From: Vermamoeba vermiformis
Taxonomy: Eukaryota
Assembly (NCBI GenBank): GCA_045837725.1
Contig: JBEWZL010000243.1
Span: forward strand, 1 to 64,000
Direction of reading: 5' to 3'
DNA: 64,000 nucleotides
The notes beneath the pieces are model-generated. The model made no database searches, had not been told where the DNA came from, and worked only from the letters and a program-made list of their open reading frames with translations. Below are positions 48,201 to 63,046 of the stretch, in pieces. The stretch's first letter is position 1, and each line of letters begins with the position of its first letter. The translations under genes were made by a program, and so were the position numbers.

Positions 48201-48796
48201 GCTTTCGGACACTAATTGGCAAAAATAGATTAATATTTTGTAAATGGAATCTAGATTATTAAGCGTACAATTAATGTGACGACATTGCAAAATAATGCAA
48301 TGAAATTAAGCGAAAATCGATGAAAGGCAAAGTGACGCGCAAAACTGCTAGGTAGATCTCCGATTCTGATCGCAGTCGAGTCTCTACGTGATAATTCTTC
48401 TTCTAATATTCTTTCGATATCTATTGCGAATAGGGAAATTTAGAATCTATTCAGATCTTACTTCAATTAATTTTTTTAAAAAATTCAAAGCAATTATTCG
48501 AGCAACTTACATGCATGATCATTGATTTTCTTCGTAATGAAATTCTTTAAATTTGCTACACGACTTTTGGAGAGTCGATCAGGATCGGCTTTCAGAAAAA
48601 TTACTATTACGACTTCTTCAATCGTCAATCCACGCGATAAATTCGTAAATGTAAAATCAAGCCAAAAAGAGTCATGATATAATTGCGTTTGTATTGCTCG
48701 ACTCGTCAAGATCAAGGCGCACTTATCCAGAACAGACAAGTGTTTGCCTATCACTGACCACAGCTCCACGGGAAGCGGTAGTGGTGCATCCATCAA
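45220..48796 (-). CDS. F-box / leucine-rich-repeat protein (many exons)
   Basis: LPLPVELWSVIGKHLSVLDKCAL F-box; later LRR-like exons (LQYLRL, LNIRSCSSL, LVSNCPNLESLKL). Confidence 0.7.
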
Positions 48797-48960
48797 ATAA
48801 ATAATACATAAATTGTCGTCAGCGGCGGTAAAAACATCTTCTTCGAATGCACGTGCGTGTCAAACCGTGTTGACACTTTTGCGATTTTTTCGTCGCTCAG
48901 TTCTCCTTATCACTGTCATAGTAACAACACATTGTAATATAATAATTTGAAATTCTGTTC

Positions 48961-51292
48961 ATGCTTGCGGGACGTTCAATTGTTTTATTGGGTAAGTAAA
49001 GTTCTTGTTCAGCGCGAGCAGATCAACTGCATCTTTTAATATAAGTAACGCAGTCTATAATTAAAATAAATTAATTCTTTTCCCTTACATAATTTAATTG
49101 GTTGAACCAGATACTTAATTCTAAAATTCAGATTCGTCAACGGTTCTTCCCAACTCGTTCCTACAATTGAGTGACTGACTCTGATAAATTTAGCAGGTTT
49201 ATTTTGTGTAGCTATTGGCCAGCAAACCTTCTTTAATTTGCTCTCGGGCTCTTTTCCCTCAACGAGCTCGATGGGCGCAGCTGTCTCACGACCCAATGGT
49301 CATATTTATTTGTTGGGCGGCGAAGACCTTAATACTGGCACTATATTTTCGAATGCAACCTGGCTCTACACAGATCCGTTGGGCAGTCCCGTTTTGAAGG
49401 CTCCAATGACGTCCCCTCGCACTCAAGGCTGTGCTGTGCTAGTGGACGACAAGTATATATTCTACATTGGAGGAAAAAGTAAGAAAATCTTTTATTGTCT
49501 TCAATTCTAAAAATAACTTCAGTTTCGACAACAAGTGTCACCGGTCAGATCTTGCGCTACAACATCAGCGGTGATACGTGGGAAGTAATGACTGGTGTTG
49601 CACTTAATAAGCCACGCTTTCTGCCTGTTTGTGTCTTTGATTCAAGTACTCGCGAGATCGTCATCCTGTTCGGCTCTGACACATCTGGTGCTGGCGATAC
49701 GAGTTCATTTGTTTCCGAGAAGTACCACGTGGACGGCAACAACATCACTACTGTCGCCTATCTCGGATCAATGCCCAACCACGGCTCTGCTGCGAATGGT
49801 GTTTACGATCCAGTAACCAACTTGATTTTCATTATTGGAGGCAACGCAGATGCCACGACGATGACCATTCTCTCGCAATCACTCGGCTGGCTCAACAACA
49901 CTGCCATACCTGGTGGTACCCAGGTGTTCTTTTCCTCCGTGACGCTCGTTGACAACCAGATTTGGGTCTTCAAAGGCATGCCGCTGTTAATCTACAACAT
50001 CAACAACGGTACTTGGATTCAAGGTGGTGTTTCCACTTCGTTAGATTATTCAGGAAGCAACCTCGCACCAATCTCAGGACCGAATATTCACCTCTTTGCC
50101 AAGGCTCATTACGTGACAGCTTGCGTGTTCCCGTGCCCGACACCCTCTTCGCCGTGTCAAGTGAACAAGTGCGATTACAACTCAGGTCGCTGCATCATTT
50201 CGCCGACTGACAATGGAAAGTCTTGCGGCAATGCTGATGGCTGCACTGGTTCGAATTGTGTGTGCACTGATGGGCAATGCTTGCCGGATGTACTCAAGTA
50301 AGTTTAAGAGCTTGTGATTGATGTGCCATTCTGACGACTGTAGTGCCGATGTTCAACCGTACTTCGAGTGTTTCGAGAAAACTGGTCGCGGCGATACTGC
50401 ATATACGGCGTACATTTCTTGGAGCAATCGCGCGTCAAGCCGGGCCGCTATTCAAAAAGGCTCCTCGCGCAACCTCTTCATAGGCCTTGAACCATCTCCG
50501 CAGAATCAACCTGATCTTTTCTTGCCCGGTTACTCTCGTAAGTGCTTTCAAGCTCACTAATGATCAAACCAAACTAATGTCATTTAGGCTCGTATCCTCT
50601 GAACGACTTTCAACTCCAATGGAATGGCAGCGAGACTGCATGGAGATTGACAAATTACGATCTCACCATTGACGCCCTTACACCTTCGCTCGTATGCTCC
50701 CCAAGTGCGTTTACGTTAATATGCATTTGACGGTATTGCTAATCATCCTAGATATCACGATTTATATTACTGTGCGTGGCGATACTTTGAACAGTTCAGA
50801 TCTGCCAACAATTGCCTCTCGTCTGTCGAGATTATTTGGTATATCTGAGACCCGTATCAAGCTCAATTTTTATACAGGAACCAAGCGACAATCTGATCAA
50901 ACTCTCGAGCTTGAAATTCAAGGTACGTTGGTCTCGTAGTCACTCATTGGCTTTCGCTGACATTTGCAATTTCAGAAGCTCCTCCTCAGACCTCTGAACC
51001 TTCAGCACAGCAAGTGGTCGTGGACTTTGTTACATCAGTCGACAACAACTCAACTGACCCCGACACGGCAGTGAGTGTCAACGGCAAGACAGTAGTTGTG
51101 GAGTCAGTCAGCACGAAACCGCCTAGCAATGCACGACCTGGTGTGGCTGTCACAACTCCTGGCACAGATGCTCCACCGACGAGCGAGCAACCCAGTCCCG
51201 TTACAAAGACGCCAAGCGTAGTCAGTTCAAGCACCTTATTCGGTGCATCTTTAGTGTTAACCGTAGCTGTGTCACTTTTGCATTTTGTATAA
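48961..51292 (+). CDS. Secreted/surface Kelch-repeat protein with Cys-rich repeat, S/T/P stalk and hydrophobic (GPI-like) C-terminus
   Basis: Spliced signal peptide MLAGRSIVLLGLFCVAIG; Kelch motifs IYLLGG, IFYIGG, IFIIGG; PCQVNKCDYNSGRC repeat; C-terminal LFGASLVLTVAVSLLHFV. Confidence 0.78.
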
Positions 51293-51357
51293 ACGTTTAG
51301 TGTTCGGACAGATGTACAAAAAAATTGTTAACACTTTGTCTTTCAATTCATTTCGTT

Positions 51358-54300
51358 TCACTTCTTAGCACTGTTTTTGCTGTTCTTGTTGTCTCTATAA
51401 TTCCTAATATATTGTTTCCAATGTTGCGTCTGCGGATGCCTTTCGAAGCAGTCTTCCAATGTTTGGTCATATGGATACCGCTCAACTAAAATATTATAAT
51501 CAAGCAATAGATCAATTGCTGGCTTGTTATTTGCTATAATGGCTGCAAAACCTGCTGCCATGTAGTGAGCTTGAGAGGTGGGATCTAGATCTATAGACAT
51601 ATATGCAAATCCGAAGTTATTGATCTTCTTCTCTATTATTTGCTTCAGTATCAATAATGTCCAATTATCTTCCTTCACTAGGCAGTATTGAGTCAATAAA
51701 ATCGGTAAATTCTTTGCTTCACTGAATGGTTCTGTTCGTTGCAAAAATTTTAATGACCAATTTAGGAAAGTCTCCAAAAGAGGTGATTTGTCGTGTTGGA
51801 GTTGGAAGTAATTTCGTCCAAACAAAGAGTCCATCACTATCTTCTTGAACGCAGAATAACTCGGTAACTCCCAGTGCTTCCAAACCAGCGGAAGAATTCT
51901 TGCGAGATCGTTGTCTGCTTCAATTTTGCCTTGTACTTCAAGATTTTCAATGGTAAAATGCAAAAAGTCCCAATAAGGAGGTTCGTCAATACCGTCATAA
52001 CTTAATATCTCCATTATAATCTCCTTTGGTAGTTGCCTAAAAAGGCAATTCTTGTCATATCTCCATGCCAGCATGATCAGTAGTTTAACTTTGTGCGTGA
52101 CAGAGCTGTAAATCCCTTTGTCGATGCATCGCATGAAAGTGTTCAGTGGTGCTACTGGTACAAAATTTTTGCTATTATAATTCGTGCAGCACGCTTTCAA
52201 TGTGTCATATGAAACTCCTCGTTCGATAATTGACTTTAAAATTTGATCGTTGATTGTCTGCCCGTTTTCAGCCAATAACTTTATCACTCTGTCATCACAG
52301 ACTGCAATAGCCTGTTGAATCGTAATGTCGCGTAAATATCCCTTCTGACTAAATCCAATTTTAAAGTTAGAAACGTTGTTCGAATAATAATTAGAATGTC
52401 GTACGGTTTTTCTAAAGGAGCGCCATTTTCAATTAACCATATCAGCATATCATTGTTTACTAGCTCTTTTTTCGTATTGGATATGTAGGACTTGATCATA
52501 TTGTCGGGGTACGAGAAATACTTGGCAGTTTTTAGATCCAGATCTGTAAACCGAATCTTGAGTCTAATTGCCAATAAATTACTATTCACTTACTGTATTT
52601 ATCCAATGCCTGTTTGACTTTATCGAGATTTCCTTCATGCACAGCTCTTCGTACAAAGTGCTCAGCAAGTCCAGCGATTTGACCGCCGTTATCAAGCCCA
52701 AGAATGAACTTGTCACGGGGGAAGTGCATTGAAATATCCTCGCCGTGAAGTGCAACGGCGTTAGGACTGCATGAATTGCCGGTTCCTGCCAAAGTAACGT
52801 TGCTGACAAGCCAAACCTCGTTTTGCCATACGCAAGTGAAAAAAATATATGTGCCGGGCTCTAGTGAACGAATTATTATTAGCACATAATGCGTTCATGC
52901 ATCAAATCAAATTTTAGACAGTACCTGAAATAAAGGCAGACCTGGCTTGGAGAGAAAGATGTCCTCGAAACCAGGGCTGTTGTTCGTAAGGAAGTGCGAG
53001 CAATTCTTTTGTCACTGCAACAAACTGCTGTCGCGGCGACGTGTAGCTGCGGAACAATTTCTCTCTCAAACTCGTGTGCAAGATCAGCGCGTTGATATTT
53101 TGCGTTGAGAACCCCTCGTAGCAGTACGTGACTGGCTTGCTTGCATCTGATTGGTCAGATTTGACATCTATTTCAATCTCGTGATTCGTGCCGTTCTTTT
53201 CTCGGTAAAACAACGTCACTTGATTGCTGTCCATTGAGCCTTTTTTGGGTCTAATACAAAAATTTGTCCATTTACGCTTGAATCCCTTATTTTGGACCAA
53301 GTTTTCTAAATCGAGTAATTCTCCTATGTTAAAGTTTAGCGGTAGTCCCGTTGTATGATCGGGGGAATGGTAACTAGGACGGCCTCTTGAATACGTGCTT
53401 GCTTCTTTTCTTCACCTACAAATGAAAACAAAAACGTAATTAATCGAATTACCCAGTAGCATTAATTGAGCGTACTGAACAACTCGTCGATCCGCTCGGT
53501 GAGCTCAGGCTCTTCGAAATCGATCATCAATAATTCTGCCAGTTTGTCGCCTGCTTCAAAATTCATTCGTTTGCCTTCGTCGATTTTATTAAGGATCTTA
53601 ATGCAATTTTAGTTAATATTCACCCTGTAACGAAAAACGCAATTTCCTTGCCTTTTGGATGTTGGGCTTAGAAGGGTCGCCACTATAGAGTCCTACTCTC
53701 ATTGTATACAACTCCATCAGGTACCCGAGTAGCTCTTGATTATGGTGTTTGTAAGCGAGTTTTATTCCGACCGTCATCCTATAGCCGGAGAGCGTATTGT
53801 ATTGAACGATTTTGAAGAAATCCGCTACCAAACGCAGATCTAATCGCTCAATAATAGCGGGTAGTTGCTGACTAATTTGTTCGTAGACGCAGATTCGATT
53901 TTTATTCGCCAATTGCATAACTATTTTGAAGTCAGGAATTAATTGCAGAACTAATTTAGACTTACCTTGGTGAAGTTGCGCAAAATCACTGATTGTTGCC
54001 AGACTTTTTATCCGTAGCTTTAGGTAAACCTTTCTTAAACGCCCTGCAATTAAAAGTCAATAATCCTCATTTCACAAGCCGTAATTTTCAACGCAGCATT
54101 ATTAAAAGGATAAAGATTGTATTTATTTATATTTAGTTAATTAATATGATATTACAGGATATTGCTGAAAACCGCTTAAAAGAATAATAAATTATTTTTT
54201 TTAATTTCACGGTATTAATTACTTACGATATGCAGCACCGCCGATAGATTTCAATAAGAAATCGTCATTCAACAGGTAGATTTAAATTATTGGAAGTCAT

Positions 54301-54438
54301 TTTGCATTTGAAGATCGGCTTTAATATTGTTTTATAGGAGGGGCTCTTCTTTCGAGCACCTGCCACGCAAAGCTGTATTATCACCATCCATACTGCCTCC
54401 GGCAGTGATGCCATTGACGGCGATCCTTGGTGATCCAT
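51358..54438 (-). CDS. Hypothetical multi-exon protein(s) with F-box-like motifs and ankyrin-like helices
   Basis: Run of minus-strand ORFs 51358..53918; motifs SLPEAVWMVII (near 54400) and FRQLPKEIIMEILSY. Could be more than one gene. Confidence 0.45.
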
Positions 54439-54671
54439 CTGTCACGTTTGACATAATTCTGATATTTTTCCAAAGCAAACTTCATGTTTTTTAGTTTGAT
54501 TTCCGTTATTATACACGGCAATACTATAGCAGCGGACAGCTTAAACCAGCCGAGCCGCACAAGGCCTTGTGTTACGGTAAAACGAACCGGCTAATTACTA
54601 TGCGCGCTTACATGATTTTAATTGGATTTATTTACGATATTGTTATATATTATATACTGAGCATAAGCACC

Positions 54672-57600
54672 TTATTTCTGTTCTAAGTACTTAGCCATGA
54701 ACATGTAGAACGAGAACTCGTTGGGGTTCAAACCAGCTTGGTAGATGTAACGCGAAGCCAAGTGAGCGCTCAACAAAGCTTCCAAATAGCTAGTAATAGT
54801 AATATTAGAATATGGTCATATAAGACGTATTAGTGAAGATCGTGACTTACTTAGTGGGAACACGCTCGACAATCTTGTCGATGCTGATCTTGCTCAACAA
54901 AGTCTGAGGCAAAGCTTCCAACAAGATCTTCTTGCGCATCTTTTCGTCCTTCCACAAGCCAGAGTTCTTGACTTCTTGGGTCAAAGTGTTGATCTTAATG
55001 CTCAACTGGTCGGTCAACAAGCAGCGGTAAGTGCCAGTTCGCTCGTGCTCGTTCCAGATGCATTCGCTAAAAGTGACTTGTTAGCGTCTTTCGGATAATA
55101 GAACGAGTCATAATAGACTTACAATTCTTGACGAGCATTGTCAGCAATCTTGTTTTGGACTTCAACGACGTATTTCCTAATAAGGAAAGCAATTAGTTCG
55201 ATGTTTAATGACTTGTTTGTTATTTGCAAACTTACTCGTAGAATTCAGGGGTCTTGCCGTCCTTGACGCACATGTGTTGAATGTACTCTTCTTCGCTCAA
55301 GGCCAAAGCAGCCAAGACTTCCATCGAGGATGAAGTGACACCACCCTTGTTGGCAGAGGCATCCTTGTACACAACGACACCAGCTTCTTCGAGCTTCAAA
55401 CGGGCCTCTTGGGTGAAGAACAAGTTGGCACCTTCGACTACATACTTGAACATAGGAGTGCCGTCAGGGAAGAACAATCTAAACAGTGTGTCATTAGCTC
55501 GATTGCGGCGGTAAGTTAGTTTGATTGCACGTACTTGTCAACATTATTAAGGTTAACAGCTTCAGGGCGACCACCGCAAGGCACGAACAACTCGCAGCTG
55601 GCCAAGGGGTTCAAATGGAACAAGTTGCGGACTAAGAATGGCGATTAGAACAAGCTCGTAGACAATTGTGATTCAAAATTTTGAAGTATACTTACACATC
55701 ATGCCGTTCTCGACAACAGTACCGTTGGGCAACTTGACGTCCTTGTCCTTGATCAAGACCAAGAAACCGTCCTTGCTCAACTTGGAAGTATCGAACTCTT
55801 GCACCATGGCACGCTTGTTGGCCAAGCGCAACAACTCGGTGCGGTCAATGCCGTTAGGATCGTACAAGACACCGCTGCCGTCAATAACAGCCTAACAACA
55901 GCCGATTAACAAATTTGCTACTTGCTGAAGCCGTAAGATCGTCTTACCTTAGTCTTGTCTTTGCTAATCTTAATTTCGTTAGAACCCAAGTCACCGTCAG
56001 GGCCACCAGTCTGTAACTTGAAGACGGACTCTTCTTTAATGTTCAACTTCTTCATGATGCCCAACACGTATTCGTGAACACCACGAGTGGTCATGCCGTA
56101 GAGATCGTGAGGAATGCCACCGAGACTAACTGACTTGCCAGTAGTGAAACCGGTCCAGTATCTGTAGCCACGGGACTTGGCGTGCAAGCAAGCCCAGTCC
56201 ATAACATCTACGAGAACACGTTAGATCACGGGTGGGCGATAAAATCACGCGTGCTACTTACCAGCAGTACCCTCATCAGGACCGCAGAAAATGTATTCGG
56301 GTTGACCGTAGTGATCAACAATGTCGGGGTTAGGCAACAGCAAGTCCAACATGGCGTCGATGTACTTCTTGAAGGCAATGAAGGCCTTGTTTTGGTGATC
56401 CTATAGCAGATATTAGTTCGCAGTGTCACCAGAAAAAAGTCAAGTTTGACACTTACAATTGACAACAAGATGGTACCCTTGGAGCCAGACTCGGGAATGT
56501 CCTTGTTCTTCTTTTCTTGAGTCCAAGCCAGGTTGTAGTTCTCGTCGAACAAAGTCTCGGCGTTTCTCAAGTACGCTTGCTTGTTGGCAGATCTGATCAT
56601 TCTCAAACCACCACGGGCAATGTCATCGAAGCGAACGTGGAAACCACGGAATTCAGCACCGACAAACATGAGAATGGCGTAGGGGAGTTGAGGGTAGTCG
56701 CTACCGCGCAAGAAGCCAGTGTCGAATCTGAATGACAAGGCGGTCTTGTTCTTAATGTAGAAGTTGGTCTTGACGACGGAGGCGTTGAATTGCAAGAAGG
56801 CTCTGAGGACGTCGTAGTCAATGTCAGCAACGGCCTTCTTGATCTTGGCTTCCAATTCGGCGTTGATGCCAGCGGGTCTGCTAGGCTTGGGAGTGGCGGG
56901 CTTGTGGTGAGCTTCGAAGTCTTTGTACAAGTCCTTGACCAATTGCCAGTTGTCGAAGATGGAGTCGGAGATACGTTGCTGCACAAACTCAGTTAGAACG
57001 TGCAAAATTATAGTGACCGCCGAGTACTTACTTCAGTCAAAACGTCGTTTCTCATACGCTTCTTAAGTTGCAATAAGCGGGCTTGTGATTCAGGGTCCTT
57101 GGCCAAAGCCTTCCACAACAAGTTGAACTCGTCGACAGAAGAGCGGGCCATGAAGTGGTAAGCAAACTTCCAGCAAGCATAAGCATAGACCATTTCGTTC
57201 AAAGTGAGCTTGCCTTCGGCGAACAAAGGAGTCAAAGTAGTACGAGGCAACATGTACAACAACTTGGCTTGTTCAGCGAAGAGAGTGGCCTCCTCCAAAC
57301 CAGTGCGCAAGTGAATGCTGTGGATCACGTAGCCGTTGGAGAATTGTTCGATGTATTTGCGAGGGCAAGGATATTTGTTGTTGGCAATCAATTGAGTCAA
57401 AGTAGACAAGAAGCTATAAAAAGAACTCGTTAGAATCGTCTACGCGAAGAAATTAAATCGTCGACGTACCTGTGAGTGGAACCCTTCTTGTAGGCGACGA
57501 CAACGACGCAGTTAGAGGGCTCTAAGGGGTCTTCTTCAACGAGGACGGCAGGAGCCAATTGACCAACAGCGAGGGTCAAAGCCTTTTGGTAGCGGAGCTT

Positions 57601-60389
57601 GGCAGACGAGGATTTGTCGCGCAAGAAAACACCGGTGGCGACCTTCCACAAGTCGTTCTCGTTCTCGTTAGCCTTGGGGTTGACGAAAGGATAGTTGTCG
57701 ACCAAGTACAAGGCAATGCGTTGAGATGAGGTGGGCGAGGCAGTTCCTTCAGACAAGAAGTGTTTCTAAAACACGCATTAGAACCGCATTAACCATATAT
57801 ATCTCGAAAGGGCTACGTACCAAGGCAAAGCTAGAAGTGGTGCCAGTCTCAATGGAGGCAGAAGTGCCCAAGTAACCTTCACCAAAGTACTTCTCTTCAA
57901 TCATGCGCTCGATCATGAGGGACTCTTCGACGGGGCAAATGTACAAACCGAACGAAGGCTCTTCGTCGATAAATCTGATCTTCTCGGAGGTGCCAGTAGT
58001 TTGAGCGTATTTCTTGGCAGCAATGTAAGACAAAATGTGCTTGGCAATCAAGTGCGGGGAGTGGTGTTGGAAGTAGTATTCGTTCAAGCCCAAGCCGTTG
58101 TAGTACCAGTCCAATTCGGACAAAATAACAGCTTCACTGAACATTCTATAATCACAGAAAATTAGTATGAAAATGTCAAAAAATTGTTAAAAATCGTAAA
58201 AAAAGATCTTTCGCTAGATTTTACCCTTCTTGCAGCAATAATCTGTAGACGACGTTCATCTGTTCGGCATAGACACCCTTAAGTTTGACTTGCAGGTTCT
58301 TCTTTTCTTGGCCCGGCTAAAAAAAATAACTTCAGTTAGATCTCGTTACCAAAAATCGCGTGAATATTTTTCTTACTGAATCAGAGATAGCGCTCGAGAC
58401 GACGGCACGAGTAGCAACATTAGAGAAGAAAGCAATAACGTCTTGGTTGATTTCGCGAGCGATGGTAGATCTAAACTCGAGAATAGCGACCAAAGTGTCA
58501 TTGTAAATAACGGGAATACCAACAGCTGATTTGAAGCCGATTTCTTTGGGGATTTGACCCTTTTGTTCGCCCATAAACTCAAACTCCTATTTTTAAAATA
58601 TTTTTTAGTTCCGAGATCCCAAGGTATTAAATTATCAATAATAAGTTTGTTAATTAAATGGTTGCGTAAAATAACTAAGTAAGCTATTTACCTTGTAGTT
58701 GTCAGCAGAGGTATCGCGGATCCAAATAGGTTTCTTAGTTTCGTAAACTTGACCGACGAGACCTTGACCAGGGGCCAAAATAACAGTCTCGCAAGCACGG
58801 CGGTATTGAGCGAACAAATTAACGCCGGAGGTTTGGCCGTACCAAGCATCGGTAGGCTTGATCTCGTTCTTTTCGAGATGAGGAACCCAAGTCATAGCGT
58901 ACTCCCTAGTTAATGATCGTTAATATCGCATAATAGCATTTTCATATGTAACGATATTACGCACCATTTTTCCTTGTCGCAAAGCAAGTTGATAGCCTTT
59001 TGCAAAGCAGAGTAGAAGTGAGCGTTGTCCTAATGAAAAGTTGGGCGTTAGTATTGGAAGGAGTTAATAATATATCACAACGATGCGGCAAAGTTAATTG
59101 AATTCACCGTTGAAAATTAGAAGATTCCAGAAGAGCTAAATTTGAAATTACTCTGATCTTGTGGATGTCCTTCTCGACGCGAGCTCCGTACTTCATCAAG
59201 AGCTCAGAGATCTTGTCGTGACCATGGCTGATAGCGTCTTGCAAAGGAGTAGAGCCCCAACTAAAATAAAATAAGATCAGATTCGGATCGGAGCAATCGA
59301 ATGAAATTCCGGTGTATTATCTGCTTTTGGGTGTCCCTTTATTGAATAGCAATCAAAAGAAACGCTTGATTTCGGTCATGTAATCAATATCCAGTAAATG
59401 GGACTAATAGTGTCGCAAGGTGTGCTTCTAGAAGCGGAATCTAGCCTTCTTTCACGAAGGGACACCGCTTAGATCACACTTGGATGGTAAAAGGTTCGCG
59501 TAAAAGTATCATGATTAATCATTGCGTAATTGTTTAGAATTTTTAACTGTGCGACGTGGACTTTTCTGTTGCAAATCCGTTTGTGATTGCGAAAATGGTT
59601 GGTAAACTTACCGGTCGATGATGTTGACGCTAGCCTTCATAGAGATTAAGAGCTCAGCGGCTTCATAGTGACCCTCGCTAGCGGCCAAGTGCAAGGCTAA
59701 ACAGAAACGTCAATTAAAATTTTCAACGAATCTAGTCGTTGCGGGCGTGAGATAAAACATAAAAATTATAGGAATCGCTTATTGTGGTTTAGTTCATGAT
59801 ATGCCACGACATATTCTTATGATTCAAGCTTACCGGTTCTTCCGTCGTAGTCGGCACTATTAACATCCGCTCCTTCTTCCAAAAGGGCTTTAATTCGCTC
59901 GACATCATTTTTGCTAGCTGCGCGGCACAAGCTAACAACCAAATCGTCGTATTGTTTTGACACAGCACCTATTTAGTAAATTAAAAGATTTTTTAATGGA
60001 TCTTTCGGAACGAAATTCAATACAGAAAGTCTCAAATTACCTTTGTCACGCAAGTATTGAGCGACCAAGAAGTATCTGCTGTTGATAGCATCTTGCAAGG
60101 GAGTGTTTCCGAATCTTTGAATGAATACCGGTTAAATAATCGCGGATGCAGTGATTGCAAGTTAAAAATTTTTCCTTTCTTACCTATCGGTAGCGTTGAT
60201 GTCGACCTTCTTCTCTTCGACGAGGTACTTGACAGTTTCCAAGTGACCTTCCGCGGCAGCTAAGTGCAAAGGAGTGCGGCGATCGTAATCCATGATGTTC
60301 GCGGAGAGATCGGATGCGAAGGCTTTCTTCAGGTCCTCAAGAGAACCCTTCGAAGCGGCAGTAATTACTTGAAATACCTTGTCGCTCAT
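54672..60389 (-). CDS. gdh2: Large NAD-specific glutamate dehydrogenase with N-terminal ankyrin repeats and GAF domain
   Basis: FRGFHVRFDDIARGGLRMIRS, KNKDIPESGSKG, GPDEGTA, QTGGPDGDLGSNEI, VEGANLFFTQEAR, KDASANKGGVTSSS. Strongly biased codon usage. Confidence 0.93.
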
Positions 60390-61258
60390 GTTGTGGCTGT
60401 CAAGATGAAATACAAACTGAACTCCACTATTTTCCTCAACTGCCAAATTAAGGATTGAAATTTGACCGTCAAAAATAGCTGGGCAACCCAAATTTTTTCA
60501 GGCCAAATCTCTCTGTCGTTCGTGCCCTAGCTTTTTCATTCTACTTCTCTCGAACCCTTTTCATCAACACAAATGTAAGGATCGTAACAACTTAGTTACT
60601 GATTGTACTTTTGTAACCGTTGCGCGATGCGATCGAGTGCCGCTCTAGAGCTTCTGCGTGGTATGTATATATTCTTATTATCAAGCTTTGGCATGTTAAA
60701 ATCAATCAATTTAAACGTGCTAATAACTATCTTCTTGTAATCGATTGCGTTCTCGATGAGTATAAAACTTTTACGTGATGGGGTAGAAGATCCTTCAACG
60801 AGAAGGACTCTACTTAAGATGAATCTATTTCACCTCTTATGAGGGAACACCAATATTTACAATATTTTTAAAATTTTTTGAAATATTTTGCCCAATCTGA
60901 TCGTTTGATTTAGATGCATGTCGAGCCGAGTTCAGCCAGCCCTCTCTAGACGCCTAATCACGAGCTGTTGGCCTACAGTAAACGGTCGTTAACGTGTGCC
61001 ATCCTATTAGCTGCTCTCACTGTTGCATCTTTGGATGGATGTTTCTGCAACAGATCTGGTCGCGTCTGTTTGTTGTAGCTTTGAAACCGAGATGCTATTG
61101 TTACTAGCTTATAATATAGAATTGTAATAAACACATCTTTCATTGACATACTTGTTTGCCTCCTTGGGCTTCTTTTGTTACCAATTTTTATTTCGTTTGA
61201 TTTTCGTTTCGTGAGGCCACAGCAGAATCATAGTTGTATTATATAATATTAGAGTATC

Positions 61259-62896
61259 ATGGCGACTAGTATGATTGTAGACTACGATCAGGAGATCGAA
61301 AAATATAAGAAAAAGTTTGCCGCTGCTGGCAAGCCTAAAGAATATGTTGGACATAAAAAAAAGGTAAATAATAAATAAGGATTGGTATTTTATTAGCAGG
61401 TGCTAGTGATACTGAGACACGTATTAAAATAAAATATTCAAAATTATCTAGCGCCTTTCTTTGCGGTTCTAATTCCTTATAAAATGCTTTAAAAAATACT
61501 AAAATTATTGCATATTTTTTCAGGGCCTTTCTGTAGCATGGAGCCCGAATGGAGAAAAAGTAGCGACCAGTTCTCAAGATCACACAATTAGAATTTGGCC
61601 CATAGAAAAGCGACAGGTACTGAACAAATATTAATATTAACATTATAATAACTAATATATTTTAAGCGAGAATACGAATTGAAAGGCCACACTGACGCAG
61701 TTATGCAAATTAATTGGAATCCAGCAACAACAGATGTGCTTGCTTCTGCTTCATACGATAAATCAGTACGAATATGGGACGTAAGATGTACGTATATTAT
61801 TATAATACTCTTATTGTAGCATTGCAAATACTTAATTTTTTGCAGCGGCCAAGATGACCAAGAACATAACTACGGGAGCTCAGAACACTTCAGTCGCGTG
61901 GTACAGCGATGGAAATTACATTGCAGTAACATCAAAGGCAAGTACATTACTGCTCTATAATATGAGCGAGATCTAATTATTAGGTGCTTATAGGAAGACG
62001 TCAAGTTCTACGACTTGCGCACGGGAAAATCAATTAAAGTTTTGAAAACTTCGCGATCAGGAGTACGTTCATGAATGAAAATAGACCTAAAATAGAGCTA
62101 CAAGGAGCTAATTACGTCATTAATAGAATACGCGCTGCACGTGGAGCAAAGACGGCAAATTATTTTTGTTCGTGTCAACTTCAGGTCACGTGATCGCGAC
62201 ACCGTTCAATCCAAACAACACAGAGCCCGTGCCTTCAATGTCGTATTCAGCCACTGCTTCACCGATCTATGCCGTGGAGACTGACCCTAGTTCAAAGTAC
62301 GTAACGCTTGCTGCCGTCTTACTGCTGAAAATTAACTTATTTACTTCAGATATTTTGCTTTGGGCTGCGGAGATTCATTAGCGAGCTTGTGGGAGATGCG
62401 TGAAATGACTTGTTTGAGGACATTTGGCACCGGAGAGTACGTACTAGACACGATAAGTTTTAAGAAAAAAACGCTATCATATCAGACCTTGGCAATATGG
62501 AAGCCAATGATATTCTTCGTGTTACTGACCTGCTTTGCAGCACTGAAGTTCGATGCACGAGTTTCAGCGGTGACGGACAAGTACTGGCTGTAGGATATGA
62601 AGACGGTTTGATTGAATTGGTACGTCCCTAATATTATGAGCGCGTCCTGAAGTTAATGAAATTAACCATCGATGAATTTTTTTAGCACCACGTTGAGAGC
62701 GGTGAAAAATTACACGAGTTTAAGAGTGACGTTGATTTGTGCGACTTGGCGTGGCACCCGAAGAACTTGCAATTAGCTTTTATTGGTGAGGACCGCGAGG
62801 GACGACGAGACGTAAGCACTTAGTTCATTAGTATATCTATATTCATACCGTTGTTAATCTTTGGTATTCTAGGGCACACTGAGAATTTGGAGCTAA
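61259..62896 (+). CDS. THOC3: WD40 protein, THO complex subunit 3 (Tex1)-like
   Basis: EYVGHKKK..SVAWSPNG, ELKGHTDAVMQINWNP, ASASYDKSVRIWDVR, YFALGCGDSLASLWEM..CLRTF, LAWHPK. Confidence 0.82.
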
Positions 62897-63046
62897 GATG
62901 TAAAGTAGCAGATAAACAGTGATTTAATTAGATAAGTTTGCATCAGCGATGATGTACACGTTGTGAAATTTTACCAATTATGATATGGGCTTAGCCGGTC
63001 GTGAACACTGTGTGCCTTTTCACTGAAGATTTTGGGGTGACAAGTT

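Noticed and set aside
24311-57433. Numerous antisense or alternate-frame ORFs within the HECT, GDH and other genes
   Set aside because: Shadows of codon bias on the opposite strand of well-supported genes.
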